This document shows positions 11,101 to 24,200 of a stretch of 64,000 nt of DNA, piece by piece. Both the position numbers and the translations under genes were made by a program. How positions within the stretch are numbered: position 1 is the first letter of the stretch; each line of letters starts with the position of its first letter. Source of the stretch: Zootoca vivipara (Eukaryota); contig NC_083292.1 of the NCBI RefSeq assembly GCF_963506605.1, positions 39,742,001 through 39,806,000 on the forward strand, read 5' to 3'. Under the pieces are notes generated by a model, which was not told the origin of the DNA, did not search any database, and saw only the letters and a list, made by a program, of their open reading frames with translations.

Positions 11101-13230
11101 AGGCACGCACGGTTTTCCTCGACACGCCTCACCTTGCCCTGGACTGCAACAGCCGCGAGAGGTGAGAGCAATTTCCTGCTGCAACTGGGTGTCAGAAACG
11201 GGTGGCTTTGTCACCCAACTAAGTTGCACGCGGAGTAGACCCACTGAATGTCCCTACATTGGCTGTGCCTGTTCTTTTCAAGACGTCTGCTCTGAGCAGG
11301 ACTAACGTTGGAAACAGCCCAGCGTTTTCCAGCAACTTTAGAGACAACCACTCGGCCAGGTTCCAGCTCTTGTGGGGGGAAATATCGGAAAGCGAGGGAG
11401 GCACTAGTTCAAAACCAAAGGAACCCAAACCCAAGGCCCTGAGGATTTATTTATGGGCAGAGATGCTGCTTAGGGCTATCGCCTGCACCTGACCGTGGGA
11501 ACCTAATATTTACATAAGGAGAAAAAAAGTTGACCCCCCCCCAAAAGGCTGGGGTTGAACTTCAGAAACAGCCCAGAGTTCTGGGCATGCTCAGTGATAA
11601 TGGGATGCTAACTTTTGCGTAATGGAAGAACTGGAGGGAGGGAGGAAATGGAATAGAGTATCTTCAACAAGAGCTCCTTGCCCTGCAATTTTTTGCTGCA
11701 GCTAACATCAGTAGATTTCCCTCTACCGAAATGGTCGATTTGAACCACTAGCAAACTTGGTGCTATGCTTTAGGCTCCGTAAAAAATTGTGGGGTGTGTT
11801 CAAAAGGAGTGGGGTCAGATTGGGGCACTTATGTCTGGACCTCTAATTTAAAATGAAAACAACAAAACCCACATTTTTCTGTATGTAGAAATCTAGCATG
11901 TCAGGGAGAAGAGTAGCCTTTTCTGTGACAGTCTGGTTTTCTAGGTCCAGGGAATTCTTTGGATGGATTCAGTCATGGGAGCTCTCACCCACAATTCAGT
12001 GGTACAGGTCAGGTTGAACACCTTACTGAAGACTAGTCCCTTTGCAAGCCCTGCTTGCAAAAGAACAGCACCCTTAATAATAAGCGCTTAATATGGATCC
12101 TGTGGCCGTTTCTGCTCCTAGCCTGACTGCAACGCTGGAATACGTGGAAGAAAACACAGAGGCGGACCAGGTGCTTGTTAACTTCCACAAGTCCCGACGG
12201 GACAGGGGTAAGAAAAAAAAAATAATCCCCTTGCTAACAGAATCTGGGTTTTGAGTCCTGGACTATTCCACATGCCAGAAATCTGGAAATGATATAGAAA
12301 AGGGCAAGGGTGTGTGTGTCCCAATTCCAAATTTGGGCTTTTATTAGGCCAGAAAAACCATCATAAAAAAGCATGCTAGGGCCATAGCATTTTGGTCGAG
12401 CGTCATCCCTAGTTTGGTCACCAGGTAGGTCCAGGAGAGAGCTTTGCCTGAAACTGCAGAGCTGCTGCCGGTCAGTGCAGTGTCCTTATGTTCTGATTCA
12501 AAGCCACATTTTTTCCAGAACCATGAGGACTAGAATCTTTACTTTATTTCAAGGGTGTCCCAGGTTCAATGCCCAACGGCATCTCCAAGTAGGGTCAGAA
12601 TCTACCTGTCCTTAGAGTGTGAGGTGGAAGGCAGAGTGAAAACCAGTTTGCTACTGGACCAGTCTCAAGATTCTCATGCTCATTCAAGCTTGGTGTCCAA
12701 ATATGCTTCACCACGATCCTCTGGCGGGGCGCTTTCAGAGGTTGCTTGCAACCCTCTGAGATTCAGTCAGCTCTGTGGCCCTGCGGAACTTCTTGCCACT
12801 AGAGGTTGGGCAGGAATAATCCCTGTCTTGCTTTAGATGTCTCCTGAGAACTGTTAATCTGACAGGCCTCTGCCGTGTGGTTTTCTTTTTACAGCCAGCA
12901 CCGATGGATGTTTCTACTGCTCTTAATGGAAGCGTGTATATACACTGCATTTTTATGAAAGTGTGGCTTGACAAACATGGAGAAATTGGATAAACCAGAG
13001 GAAAGGCTCTGGAGTGCGGGGAAAGATCATCTTGCCCTTGGTTTCCTAATCATCTTCTTTTTCTCCCCTCGCTCGAAGGAGACTTGCTACGAGCCTTTGG
13101 CTTCTTGGGTTTCAAGCTCATGCAGCCGGATCACCCTTCCCTTCCCCCCTGGGAGGACGTCATCTTCATGGCTTACCCCATGGAACGAGAACTTTACCAA
13201 CCGGAGGAGAATGAGAAGTGGAGGACCTGA
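8130..13230 (+). CDS. OAZ3: Ornithine decarboxylase antizyme 3; ORF1 and ORF2 joined by a programmed +1 ribosomal frameshift
   Basis: Exons 8130-8299, 9507-9643, 10986-11161, 12122-12207, 13079-13230, all GT-AG and in phase. ORF1 ends ...RPRYCPQCS-TGA (9568-9570). The +1 frame reads EFVGGCPDRRRSLEGDEASLKEVYK/AGNLTVFAGERQRPDQPVQLDFHF...HWHGLL...LDCNSRE/SLTATLEYVEENTEADQVLVNFHKSRRDR/GDLLRAFGFLGFKLMQPDHPSLPPWEDVIFMAYPMERE...KWRT*. About 239 aa from CUG 8130 or 189 aa from ATG 8280. Position between MRPL9 and TDRKH matches the mammalian order. Confidence 0.93.
9559..9571 (+). promoter_or_regulatory. OAZ3: Antizyme +1 frameshift site CAG TGC TCC TGA G
   Basis: UCC-UGA is the canonical vertebrate antizyme shift site. 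The +1 frame is open for exactly 25 codons to the donor at 9644 and splices in phase into AGNLTV. Confidence 0.92.
10422..10758. mobile_element. Tc1/mariner (Tigger-like) MITE in OAZ3 intron 2
   Basis: TIRs CAGTGGTACCTCGGTTTATGAAC / GTTCATAAACCAAGGTTCCACTG, TA on both flanks, and an internal direct duplication of about 120 bp. Confidence 0.85.
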
Positions 13231-13372
13231 AACCAGACACACTGGGGAGGCAGGATGGGGCTGTTCTTGGCCAACAGGCTCCCTGAATGAGCAGGTCACC
13301 GATTCCCCCAGGGAGTGGCATTAAACTGGCACCACAGCTCGATCATCTTGTTGGTTTGTTTGTTTACAGGGC

Positions 13373-13378
13373 AATAAA
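13373..13378 (+). terminator. Candidate polyadenylation signal of OAZ3
   Basis: AATAAA about 140 nt after the OAZ3 stop codon. Confidence 0.6.
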
Positions 13379-13453
13379 AGGCAGTTTCCAGGATGCAGGC
13401 ATCCTCCTGGTCCCTGGAGGGGACCTTCTGTGAAAATCCTGAGCTGCCTAGAA

Positions 13454-13589
13454 CAGTGGTCCTCAACCTTGGGCCTCCAGATGTTTTTGGCCTACAACTC
13501 CCATGATCCCTAGCTAGCAGGACCAGTGGTCAGGAATGATGGGAATTGTAGTCTCAAAACATCTGGAGGCCCATGGTTGAGGACCACTG
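13454..13589. mobile_element. hAT-type MITE
   Basis: TIRs CAGTGGTCCTCAACC / GGTTGAGGACCACTG; perfect 8-bp TSD GCCTAGAA. Confidence 0.9.
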
Positions 13590-13998
13590 GCCTAGAACAC
13601 TCTGAACATTTTAATTATTATTCCCACCTAACCAAGGTCACAGGGTGGGTTACATTAAAACACAACTGTTTTTGAGCCATGTACGGTCCTAAAAAATACA
13701 GAGGTTTTTAAGCAGAGGTTGGATACCCACCTGCCAGCCATGCTTCAGGTGCGATTCCAGAATTGCAGGGGGTTGGACTGGATGACCCTTGGGGACCCAC
13801 CCAACTTTGCAATTCTGTGATTCTTCAGAAGCTGTCTAATGAAGGCACAGAGGAAGACCTCTCCCAGCCCTAAGGGCTGAGGAACTACCGAGGCGCCCTA
13901 ACAAACTTTAGGGACACCTTGTCAATTGGGGAAGGCCAAGTTCCTGCTCTCGCTCACCCCCTACGCAATGGTGGAGGGTTGCTTTTGTACTCCCCTTT

Positions 13999-14357
13999 GG
14001 CGCGGGTGGCACTGTGGTCTAAACCACAGAGCCTAGGGCTTGCCGATCAGAAGGTCGGTGGTTCGAAACCCCATGACGGGGTGAGCTCCTGTTGCTCTGT
14101 CCTTGCTCCTGCCAACCTAGCAGTTTGAAAGCACGTCAAAGTGCAAGTAGATAAACAGGTACCACTCTGGAGGGAAGGTAAACTGTGTTTCCATGCGCTG
14201 CTCTGGTGCGCCAGAAGCAGCTTAGTCATGCTGGCCACATGACCCGGAAGCTGTCGGCGGATAAACGCCGGCTCCCTCGGCCAGTAAAGTGAGATGAACG
14301 CCGCAACCCCAGAGTCGTCCGTGACTGGACTTAACAGTCAGGGGTCCCTTTACCTTT
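13999..14357 (+). mobile_element. Sauria SINE
   Basis: GGCGCGGGTGGCACTGTGGTCTAAACCACAGAG head, GGTTCGAAACCC B-box, tail AGGGGTCCCTTTACCTTT; matches the reverse-strand copy at 26062-26415. Confidence 0.85.
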
Positions 14358-15521
14358 TTGGCGCAAGACTATCCCTCTCGCCACCAGGCTCACCTGACCC
14401 TCATACAGATGTGATACCATGACCAGAGGAACAAAGGACACCCATTCCGTCTTAACTGCCCTCCGTCACGTAACGGGGATTTATGAGCGATGGGCAGGGG
14501 GAAGAGGGAGGCCCAAACCACGCTTGCCATCAGCTGACTTGGGAACTAGTCGCTGGTTGGGGCCCTGCATTTTAGGGAGCGAGTAGAAAGATGGAGGGCC
14601 TCAGCTGTGATTGGGCCCTCTCTTCCCCGACCTCCCAGCCAAGAATCGTAAAAGCCTTGCTGGATGAGGGCAAAGGGGCCAGCATCCTGACAGGAGCAAA
14701 ATGCCCCTTAAGAGCCCAGATAGACTGCCTCTGGACCTGGAGGCTCCACATGGACATCAGAAGAGCCCTGTGGCTGGATCAGGCCAAAGGGCGCCCATCT
14801 AGTCCAGCATCCTTGTTCTCAACTAGATGCCCCAATACGGCGCCCCCAAGAAGGATCTGAGCAGTGGAGCAACTCTCCCTGCTTGCCATTCAGAAACCTC
14901 CAACCGGGGAGGCAGAATGCTGTCCTGTCCTCCATCCATTTGTTTAAACCTGTTTTAAAGCCATCCATACGCCCTGCTCGTGAGGCAACCCCATGGTCTA
15001 CCTATGGGCCATGCTCAGCACTGGTTCGTCCTGACAAGAACTGGAGAAGAATCCAAAAACGAGCCTTTATTTAAAGAGGAAAACAAGAATCAATGTAATA
15101 AAGTATGTAACGCACATCGAGTTCAAACACCGCATCTCATTTGTGGAGGGACGAGGCGGACACAGCACCAAAGGCGCTTCAAACTTTTACGTACGATGCC
15201 CAGTCTTGTCTGCCCCCCCCACCTCCCCAGACACAGACATGAGAACTCCCACCGTGTCCAAAACTAGGATGCTTTTTAAAAATAATGAAACCACCCCCCC
15301 TATTGGGAGCAGGAGGCAATGTGGTCATTTTGGACAACATAATGTGCTTGCTTCTGAGAAAAGGCAAACATTTCTTAAGAACAAAAGAATGAATGGGGCT
15401 CAACCTAAGGTTTTTTAAGACTTGTGTCATAGTAGGGCTAGATGCTGCTGGCTCCCCTTCTCTCACCACCCCTAGCCAAAATGGCCAGAGGCAGGTTGCC
15501 ACTCCTAACCACCCTCTAGAT

Positions 15522-15650
15522 CAGGCATGGGGAACCTCTGTGCCTCTAGATGTTGCCGGACTACAATTCCCATCCCTCCATGCCAGTGGCCATGGATGAT
15601 GGGTGTTGTAGTCCGGCAACATCTGGAGGCACAAAGGTTCCCCTGCCCTG
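15522..15650. mobile_element. Degenerate hAT-type MITE
   Basis: CAGGCATGGGGAACC...GGTTCCCCTGCCCTG with internal palindrome (AGATGTTGCCGGACTACAA / TTGTAGTCCGGCAACATCT); TSD-like CTCTAGAT/CTCTAAAC. Confidence 0.7.
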
Positions 15651-18241
15651 CTCTAAACTAGACTCAGCCTCCGTCCCTGACCCCTTTCCATATCTGAAAC
15701 GTCAAGCTGCCCATCGCCACTGCCACTTACAACCACCTCAACGGCTCACCCTTGTGAGAGGACGGCTGTCATTCAGCCTGTCATCTTAACGATGGTTTGT
15801 CTCCGTTGAGCTTGGCCTAATCGATTGGATACGGCTGGGGGAACAGGTGTGCCCTTTGGGGACAATCCCCTCCATTTCAAATGCACCAACAAGACTAGGA
15901 TAGAGAACTCCTCTGCCCCCTGCCCACAGCTCCGCAATGCCTGATAAGGAGGCATTGAATTTGGACTGGGTGTGGTGGGAGCATTCGCACCATTCCCCCC
16001 GGGCAAGCTGAAAACTGGTACGGCCCTAGAAACATGTGACCCACAGAGACCGGATTAACGAAGGTCACTGCAGTTGGTTCCCTACCCACCCTGTGACAGA
16101 GGAAAGAGGCGCAGTTAGCGAAGCCAACAGAACATAGAATAAGGATTGCAACGTTCCTCTGCCGAGGCCAACTGACTTGCACCTTCGGCAGCAGAAAAAA
16201 AGACGATGACTCTAGTAGCTGTGCTCATCTCCCAGCTACTAGTAGCAGCAGAGGATCAAGCGGACAGTCTCAACCCACAGCTGGGCGTCTGGGCGTCGGC
16301 AAGATCCCCAACAGAATGCTTGACCCAGCACCGCAATGGCGCTAACAAAACTTTGCAAATAAACAACAGCGGCACATGAGGATCATTCTCGGAAATCCCC
16401 TTGGGAAAGCCATGACCACGTGGAACAGAACACAGCTCTGGGCCTGCTGAAGTCTGACAATTTTGCAAGCTTTGAGAAGGAGAAAGAGTCGCTCTTAATG
16501 GCTACAGCCAACAGGCATCCCCTACCCTCGGACGTGGCGACATGCCGAAAGTGTCAACTTCCCCCAGTTGGCCAAGAAGTTGGGATGTTCCCGAGTCACT
16601 GAGCAAAGCTGGAGGAACAGGTGATTCCCTTTGCTGCTGCTCGCTCCATTCCAGGCAGAAAATCTGGAAGCAAAAGTGGGGAGGAGAGATCAAATTCCTT
16701 GTGATTTACAAACAGCTGGCACCCATTCCTTCTAATATCCAAATCGGCTGCCTCGTGCCAAGCGTATTCCCAGCACAGGAGCTGCCCATTTCTCCCCAAA
16801 TGGTTTCTGGATGTTTTGGAGACTTGCCAGGTACATAGAAATGTTAAAGTGTGCAAATTTATAGCCCCTCAAAAGTGAGCAGGCAAGAACTTGAGAAGAG
16901 CCTGCTGGATCAGGCCAATTGACTCGGCACCGAGGTTCTTGCTCACTCACGATCCTTCCTCTCTCAGGAAGGGCCCCCCAGAGACTCAGCACCCCTAGGA
17001 ACTCACCAGCTTCACAGCGGGGCTCCCCACCTGCGCAACTCAAGGGGTCAGTGAGCCACTGTCCAGCGGGAGGAGGTCACCGCCCTCCGAGACCGAGGCA
17101 ACTTCTGCAAAGGGGTTGGGAAAAAGTGAGTGTTAGGACAAGGTTTGCTGGGGGATTTCCCGCTACCATTAAGAGTGACAGTGTGCCACAGGGAGTGTAG
17201 ATGTGCTCAGAAAGCACCCCAGGAGTGCAAGCCCCTTCGAGCGAGTGCATTAAATCCCACAGGAAGCACAGGAAGAAACCTGGGATTTGAGCCTGACAAC
17301 CACTGACTTGGAGGCCCATGCTGTTAAGCCTTATTGTGCTCGGTGCTACCAGAGGGTGGGAGATCTTTCAACGAAGCAGCCCCCCAAAGTCTGGGTGGGT
17401 GCTGCTGCAATGGGCAACAAATAGGGCGGGCAACCACGGTTGTCATTTTTAGCTGATCACTGATAAAACAGGCAGCTTTTCCAAGATGCTGAGGACAAGG
17501 CAATAGCTCAGCAAGTCATGAAAGAAAGCTACAGCCTACAGAAAGGTCCCTTTCATGGAGTACGGTAGATCCAGGAAAACCCGGAGGTCGTGTGTCAACT
17601 TTGTCTTGATGGCTACAGTTAGTCTTCATGGATCCATCAACTTAAATGAAAGTTGATTAATCTACCCATAAAAAGTAGCGGCTTTCCAACATTTAGGAAA
17701 GCTGTTCCACACGGATTCATCCGCAATGGGAAATCTTGACCTCAGAACTGGAGGGGACCTGCTCTGGGACAAAATTCAGGCCTCTCGTGGTTCTGCTGCT
17801 GTGTGTGGTAGCTACTCTCTGCTTGCACCCAACTCTCTCACAGCAACGCAGGAAGCTGCCTTAAACCGAGTCAGGCCCCTGGGTCCATCTAGCTTAGTAC
17901 TGTCTACACTGACTGGCAGTGGGACCTGGAGATGCCGTCGGGGATTGAACCCGGGGCCCTCTGCGTACAAAGCTACAGGCATTTCTCTGAAAACAAAGCA
18001 AAATGCCCCCCCAAACCTAAGGTCCCAGTCCTCATGGTTCTGAATAAAAGGGCTGACACTGAAAGTCTGGTGGGGCCACCACAGTCTCCTATCTAGGGAT
18101 GTTTCCCCTCCACCCCCGAGCTCTCCAGAACACAGCCGCCGTCCCAAAGCAGAGGTGATCAAGGCAACCGAAGGCAGCGTGCCCAGTGGCAACCAGCTCA
18201 AACGCAGTGCTCCCCCTTCGACACCTCCACAGAGCGCTGTT

Positions 18242-21200
18242 TCAAGCGGAGAGGACCATACCTTCCCTCCCACTGCCTTCAGAAACAGGGCTGCAGGATG
18301 TGCCACTAGACTCGTCGTCAAGAGAGGGGGACCCTTTGCAGAAGAAGACCGAGGAATCGGAAGTGTCCCCGGACGAGGAGAGGTAGTAGAAGTAGCCCCG
18401 GGGAGAGTAGGTGCTGCTGTCCGCCTGGCTGAGGGACAGGTCTTCCTCACCGAGGGAGCCTTCGCTCGAGAGCCAGGGGGACGAGGCCCTCTCTCCGGAT
18501 TGGCCAGGACCGCTGGGGGTGGATGCCTGTTCCGCTTTGGCCGCCCACTGCTCAACGTCCAGCAGGGGGGTCAACTCCATCGCCGCCTCTGCCTGAGCGG
18601 GCGTTTCGGGAGGCGGGTTCGAATCAGAGCACCCACTACCGCCCCCTGTTTCACAGTGAGGTGTGGAGGGGAAACCCTCCGAGGAGGTGGCAAAGGGGAG
18701 GGAGAGCTGCAGGGACTCCAGCGAGGGTGGGGGACCTTCCACGGTGGATGCCAAGCAATGGGGGGGCTCCGTCTCATCCCGAGGTTGTTCAACAGGCTCA
18801 TCTGATGCAAGTCAAAGGGCTGAGTTCATTTCACAAAAAAAGACATACACTGCCTGGTTGCAAAAAACCTCAGTGCGGTTTACAAAGAAAAGATTACTGG
18901 TATGAAACAATACTTTAAGAATTCCGAAAAGCTTTTTTAAAAAAAGACTTAAAGACAGATTAAAACTTGCATCAACTTCCCAGTACGCTTATTATTAATA
19001 TTAATAAAATAAGTATTTTTAAACAATATAAAAAAACAACAAAATACATAGTAAAAACAAGCTAAACACACATGTTTTTAAGCAGGTGTCAAGAAGAGTA
19101 CAGCGAAGGCGCTTCGCTTCACAATCGGCAGGGAGTTCCGAAGTGCAGCTGCTGCCACGCTAAAATGTTGAGTTCTTACAAGGACGGAATGGGTGGTAGA
19201 TGCCCATTCTGCCAGGGCACCTGTGGAGTAAGGCTACCTCGTGAGTAAACTGGTCCCAAGTTGTAAAGGGCTTTATTCACTAGTAGTAACTCCTTGAACC
19301 TGTCAGTGTTAAACACGCACCAGAAGCAGCTGTCCTTTGCAAAGGGCTGCTAGGAATCAAAGCTGGAGACAGGATACTTTCTAAGGTAATCAGCAAAAGG
19401 CTGTCTCTTGCTTTAATTCCCTAGGTAAAATAACATGACCAAACCCACTCCAGTTACACTGTCTCATGAGTTATTCAAGGAACAGGAAAAAAGGGTTGTA
19501 TTCAATGCAGCACTAATAAAATTGTTCCAGAACGTTCTCCCCCGCTCCTAAACGCCCCCAAGTTCCCCCCAAACCGCTGGAGCAGATTTGGGGGCAACAA
19601 GAGACACACATTTTTTGGGGGGGGGGAGGGGAAGGGGAGTCACACTGACCCCTGTGTGAGCGCAATTATTTAGCTGAATTCTGAGCAAAATATAAATGAC
19701 TCTCCCCATAGCGCAGAAGGTTTGATAGGAAAGCTACCGTAAAAAGAGGTTCATCCTAAATGCAGCCATGGGAAAAAAAATGGTGGTGCGATTTATTTAT
19801 ATATAATGGAAGTGTGGCTTAATGGTTAGTGGGTTAGGCCAGGACTCAAATCCCCACTAGGGATAGAAAGCTGGCTGGGTGTCACAGTCTCTCAGACAAA
19901 CCTACCTCAGAGGGTTGTTGTGGAAATAAAAAGGGTGTGTTTGGGGGGGCGGTAGAGGAAGAACGTTGAATGTCATCTTGAGAAACTTGGATATAAATGT
20001 CAGTAGCGAATACACCGGTTGCCGATTTGCTACCAGCCCAGCTTCAAGGTGCTATTTTCAGTCAACAGAGAACTTAAAATGAAGCCCCCACTCTACGTTT
20101 GTTAAGAATCCATCATGGGAACTCCCTGCCTATTGAGGCTCCTTTGCTGTGCTCTTTTCCGCACCTGCTGAAAACGTTTGTGTTTGGAAACTGAGGAGGC
20201 TCGGGTGCGAAAGCAGGGACTGGCAGAGCTGTGAAAAGCCCCTGTACTTGGAAAGCCTCTACGGGCCTCACAGACCAAGCGCCCAGAAGACAGCTTTAGG
20301 CGGCTTCAGGAGTCCTCGTGTTCCTGTTTTGGGAAGTGACCAGGGCACACCGGTGCACAAACCCATGTAGTGGGACAGAGGAGCTTACCCGAAAGGCTGA
20401 GGCAAGACAAAGTGAGGGGCATCTCGTCAGGGGTCTTCTGCGTGTCTGAGAGAAGGCTCTCCAGGGACACCCCTGTCGTGTCTCCCTAGGGGTTGAAACA
20501 AGGGCTGTCAAGGCACATGCAGAATGAGAGAACCTTTGGCCCTGGCAGCTTCTTCCTCTCTCTCCCCCCGAAATATGGCTTACAGAGTTTGGTGCTTCTT
20601 CCAGATTTATAAAGCCATATAGAGCTGTAGAGTTGGAAGGTACCCAGACTGTCATCTAGCCCAACCCCCTGCAATGCCAAAACGTCTTGTAAAAGCAGCC
20701 TGCTGGATGAGGCTCATGAGTCTGGCATCCTGTTCTCACAGTGGCCAATGAGACACCTCTTTGCGAACAGAACTGGAGCACAAGAACCCTCTGCCCCCTC
20801 CACCAACCGCTATTCAGAAGCGTTTCTTGCCTCTGAACGTGGAGGCAGAGCACGGCCATCGTGGATGGACGCAGCCAAGACTTTGGGATGCAGCAAACAA
20901 CATGCTCCCAGCATCCTGCCCCCCCCCACCCACTCCCCGTTTCAAGCAAGAGTTTCAGCTGCTATCCTAAGGACTAGAACAGGGGTCGGCAACCTAAGGC
21001 CCTTGGGCCACAAGTGGCCCATGAGCCACCCCCTCAGCAAATCCCTGCGTGCTGCCCTAAACCGGCGGTGCGGAGACTCACTCGCTTGCGCACGGAATCC
21101 ACCCCACTGAGGGATCTCTGCTGGAGTGAACTGGCCAAGGCGAGATAAACCTTGCCGACCCCTGGACTACAATCTTGAGGTCTTATCACTTGGTAGCCTG

Positions 21201-24200
21201 CCTGGAGCCCAACAGCAAAGCTTTCGGCTGCTATCATGAGGACTAGGTTCTTGTTTCCCGGCATTTGGAGCCGGCCCACAGCCCAGAGCCACTGGTCCAA
21301 CCTATTCAATGCAAGGGAGGGCAGATGAACCGACCCCATTACTCACCAGGCTTCTGTGCTGGGCACCTTTGTCCAACGGATCGGGCCCATCTCCAGCCCC
21401 GCCGTCTCCATCCTGTGGGCACTGCACCGCGTAGCCCAACCGCACCAGCTCCGCGCCGACGTCGATGTCCTGAAATCGGAAGGAGAAAGGAGGGCTCGTG
21501 GTTGGTGTGAAGGACCTAGTTCCCCAACCCTGAACAAATTCTATCCTCCTTGCCCATTAAATAGGATGCTAGCGAACCTGGGTGGTACCTTCACATTGGG
21601 CCGATATTTTTAGTTGTTGCTGCAAGATCTTAACGCTCAAACCACAGAACGGCGCCACACAAACCGTGCCCTACCTGCCCGCTGGTGGCGTTGTACAATC
21701 TGACGTGAGGCCAGGTGCTGCTCCCAGCAGGCAGGTAGCTGGAGATCTTTGCCAGCACCGGCTTCCACTTGGCGCAGTGTGTGAGGCGGTCAAACTCGTC
21801 CAATGCGGCTTCGGACCAAGACACTCCTGTTCAAGACACGGAAGCAAAAAGACATTAAGGTCAAGCAGCCCAATCTGAAGAACGTCTCCCCTGGGAGGTA
21901 AATCCCTGCCAGATTAAAACTGTGTGCCCCCAAACCAAGTGGTGCGTGGAGGGGGCAACATGAGAATGAGACATTATTGGTGGTGGATCCTCGCACCCCA
22001 GGAATGCTCTCCTCGGGGAGATGTTCCTGGCACCATCCTTGCCAGTCTGTGGCCTTCTAACTCAGACCTTTGGCAATCAAGTTTCCTTCTCCCGTGCTGC
22101 TCAACTTTTAGTGTTTTTATTGATTTTAAAAACTGTAGAGCCAGAGGCCTTTACAATGAACGGCAGAGGGCAAGAGCAAGGCTTTCTTCTGAAATCACAC
22201 AGCATAGCCTATGAAATTTTACAGCATTAAAAATTCGCAGCATAGAGTTTTAAAATTAGAAAGCATCAACAGAACGGTTAAAAGCATCAATGGAGCTGGA
22301 ATGGAGCTTCTTAGCTGCCAGAGCAAATTTGACTACCAGGCGTGTAATTTGTAGATTTTTATCAGCTAAAAGTTCGACTGTCATTTCCTAGGGGGAGCGA
22401 CACCTTTTAGTAGGGTGTGGTGGACTTGTCTTTATCAACAGCATGTCGCTAGATGAGCGCTTCATTCATTTTTACTGTTTTAAACCACTTTCATGTGGTT
22501 GTATTTCATCTTGCCAAATGGCTTTGAGAAGGTCTCTTTCGCATAAAGCGGCCCATAAATGCCACAATAATTAATAGTAACAAACAGGGCTTGCTCCAAA
22601 GCGACCGCCCCCAGAACTATGTCCTGATTCCACGGCCTACTCTGCAGGGCTACTTGGTTAAGAACGTAAGAGAATCTGAGCTGGATCAGGCCCACCGAAT
22701 CCAGCACCCTGTTCTTACAGCAGCCAAACAGATGCCTCTTCTGGGAATCCCGCAAGCAGCAACTCTCCCCACTTGCGATTCCCAGCATCTGGTTTTCAGA
22801 AGCGATTCGCCTCAGAGTGGAGGGAGAATATTGCGGTTGTGGCTAGTAGGCTTTGGTGGCCTTTATCCTCTGTGGATGTGTCTGAGCCTACGAAGAATCA
22901 AGCTGGTGGTCCCTGAGCGTGCAACTCACCCGCTGGAGCGATGCCGGCGAGGCCGCACTCTATTGCTTGGAAGGGGAGGCTGAGGAAGTCACTCCTAGGA
23001 GAAAAGATGGGGAATAGGCCTTAACAACCATGGCCTTAAACAGGGGCTTACGCTTACTTCCAGGGAACAACAACCCTCCCAGACTTAAAACTACAGACAC
23101 CTCGACGTATGATTTCAAAAGACAGCCAACAGCAGCGGGGAAAGAGCTTAACCTTCAGAAGGGGACCAGTTTCTCTTGCTTTGGGGGTGCCAAGGGAGGG
23201 GGGGAGGCTAAACACACAGCCTGCCATAGGACTCGCCGCCGCCACAAAGGCAGCGGTCGAAACTCCCATTGCTCTAGGCGCATTTTGCGACAGGGAATTC
23301 CATTAGCGCAAGCAGTTTCTGAGCTCCGGGTGCAATACTGCAGCTAAGATTTCAGATTAAAATTTCCACTGCTGGCCCTAGGGGAGGAGAAATTCCTCCC
23401 TGCTCGATTCCCAAGAGATTGCTGCAGCATCAGGCAAGCGGATAGATTTAGCTGCAGTTCCTCCTAAAAAGAAGCGAGCCGAGACATTCTGTTGTGGCGC
23501 CCATAACCATATAGCACCTAGTTTTCATATCTCAGTTTCTAACACTGCACAAAAGGCCCTGCTTTTTGTCAATGCCAATCTGGCTTTCGACACACAAGAC
23601 AGACCGGTCGCCTCGCAGCAGCCATTCCATCAGGCTACCTGGAATTGTTTCCCTTTAAGAACCGGGGTCTGAGCTTGCCTCCTTCCTCTTCCCTCCCCTT
23701 CCGTTTCTCCTCCTTTTCAGACTACAGATGTCTGACCGCAGATGCATCCACACCAGACATTTAAAGCGCTCTCCGGACCGTCCTGGTTCCTCCCACGAAG
23801 GATTCCAGGAACTGCGGTTTGCAAAGGGTGCCCAGTGTTGTTAGAGAGACCCCGACACAGAATAACACCTTTAACAAGCTACAGTCCCCGGGGGCCATAG
23901 GGGCAAAGGCACAATTCTTAAAAGTGGTGCAAGGGTGTGTTAAATGCACGGGGCAGGTGTCTCTTGCTGTCGGGTTTTCACAACCCGCTCCGGGGAGCCT
24001 AAACAGCAGGATAATAATGCTTTACACCAGGCTTCCTCAACCTCGGTCCTCCAGATGTTTTGAGATTACAATTCCCATCATCCCTGACCACCGGCCCTGC
24101 TAGCTAGGGAGTTGTAGACCAAAAACATCTGGAGGGCCGAGGTCGAGGAAGCCTGCTTTACACAGAAATGAATGCACTTCTTTTTAAAAAATCCTCGACA

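Noticed and set aside
15066-15071. TTTATT as a possible TDRKH poly(A) signal, implying a 3' UTR of about 3.2 kb
   Set aside because: Plausible but one of several candidate hexamers; cannot be fixed without 3'-end data.
17812-18805. Long overlapping ORFs of 247 aa (-) and 216 aa (+)
   Set aside because: Alternative-frame and antisense shadows of the GC-rich TDRKH last exon; no recognisable domain.
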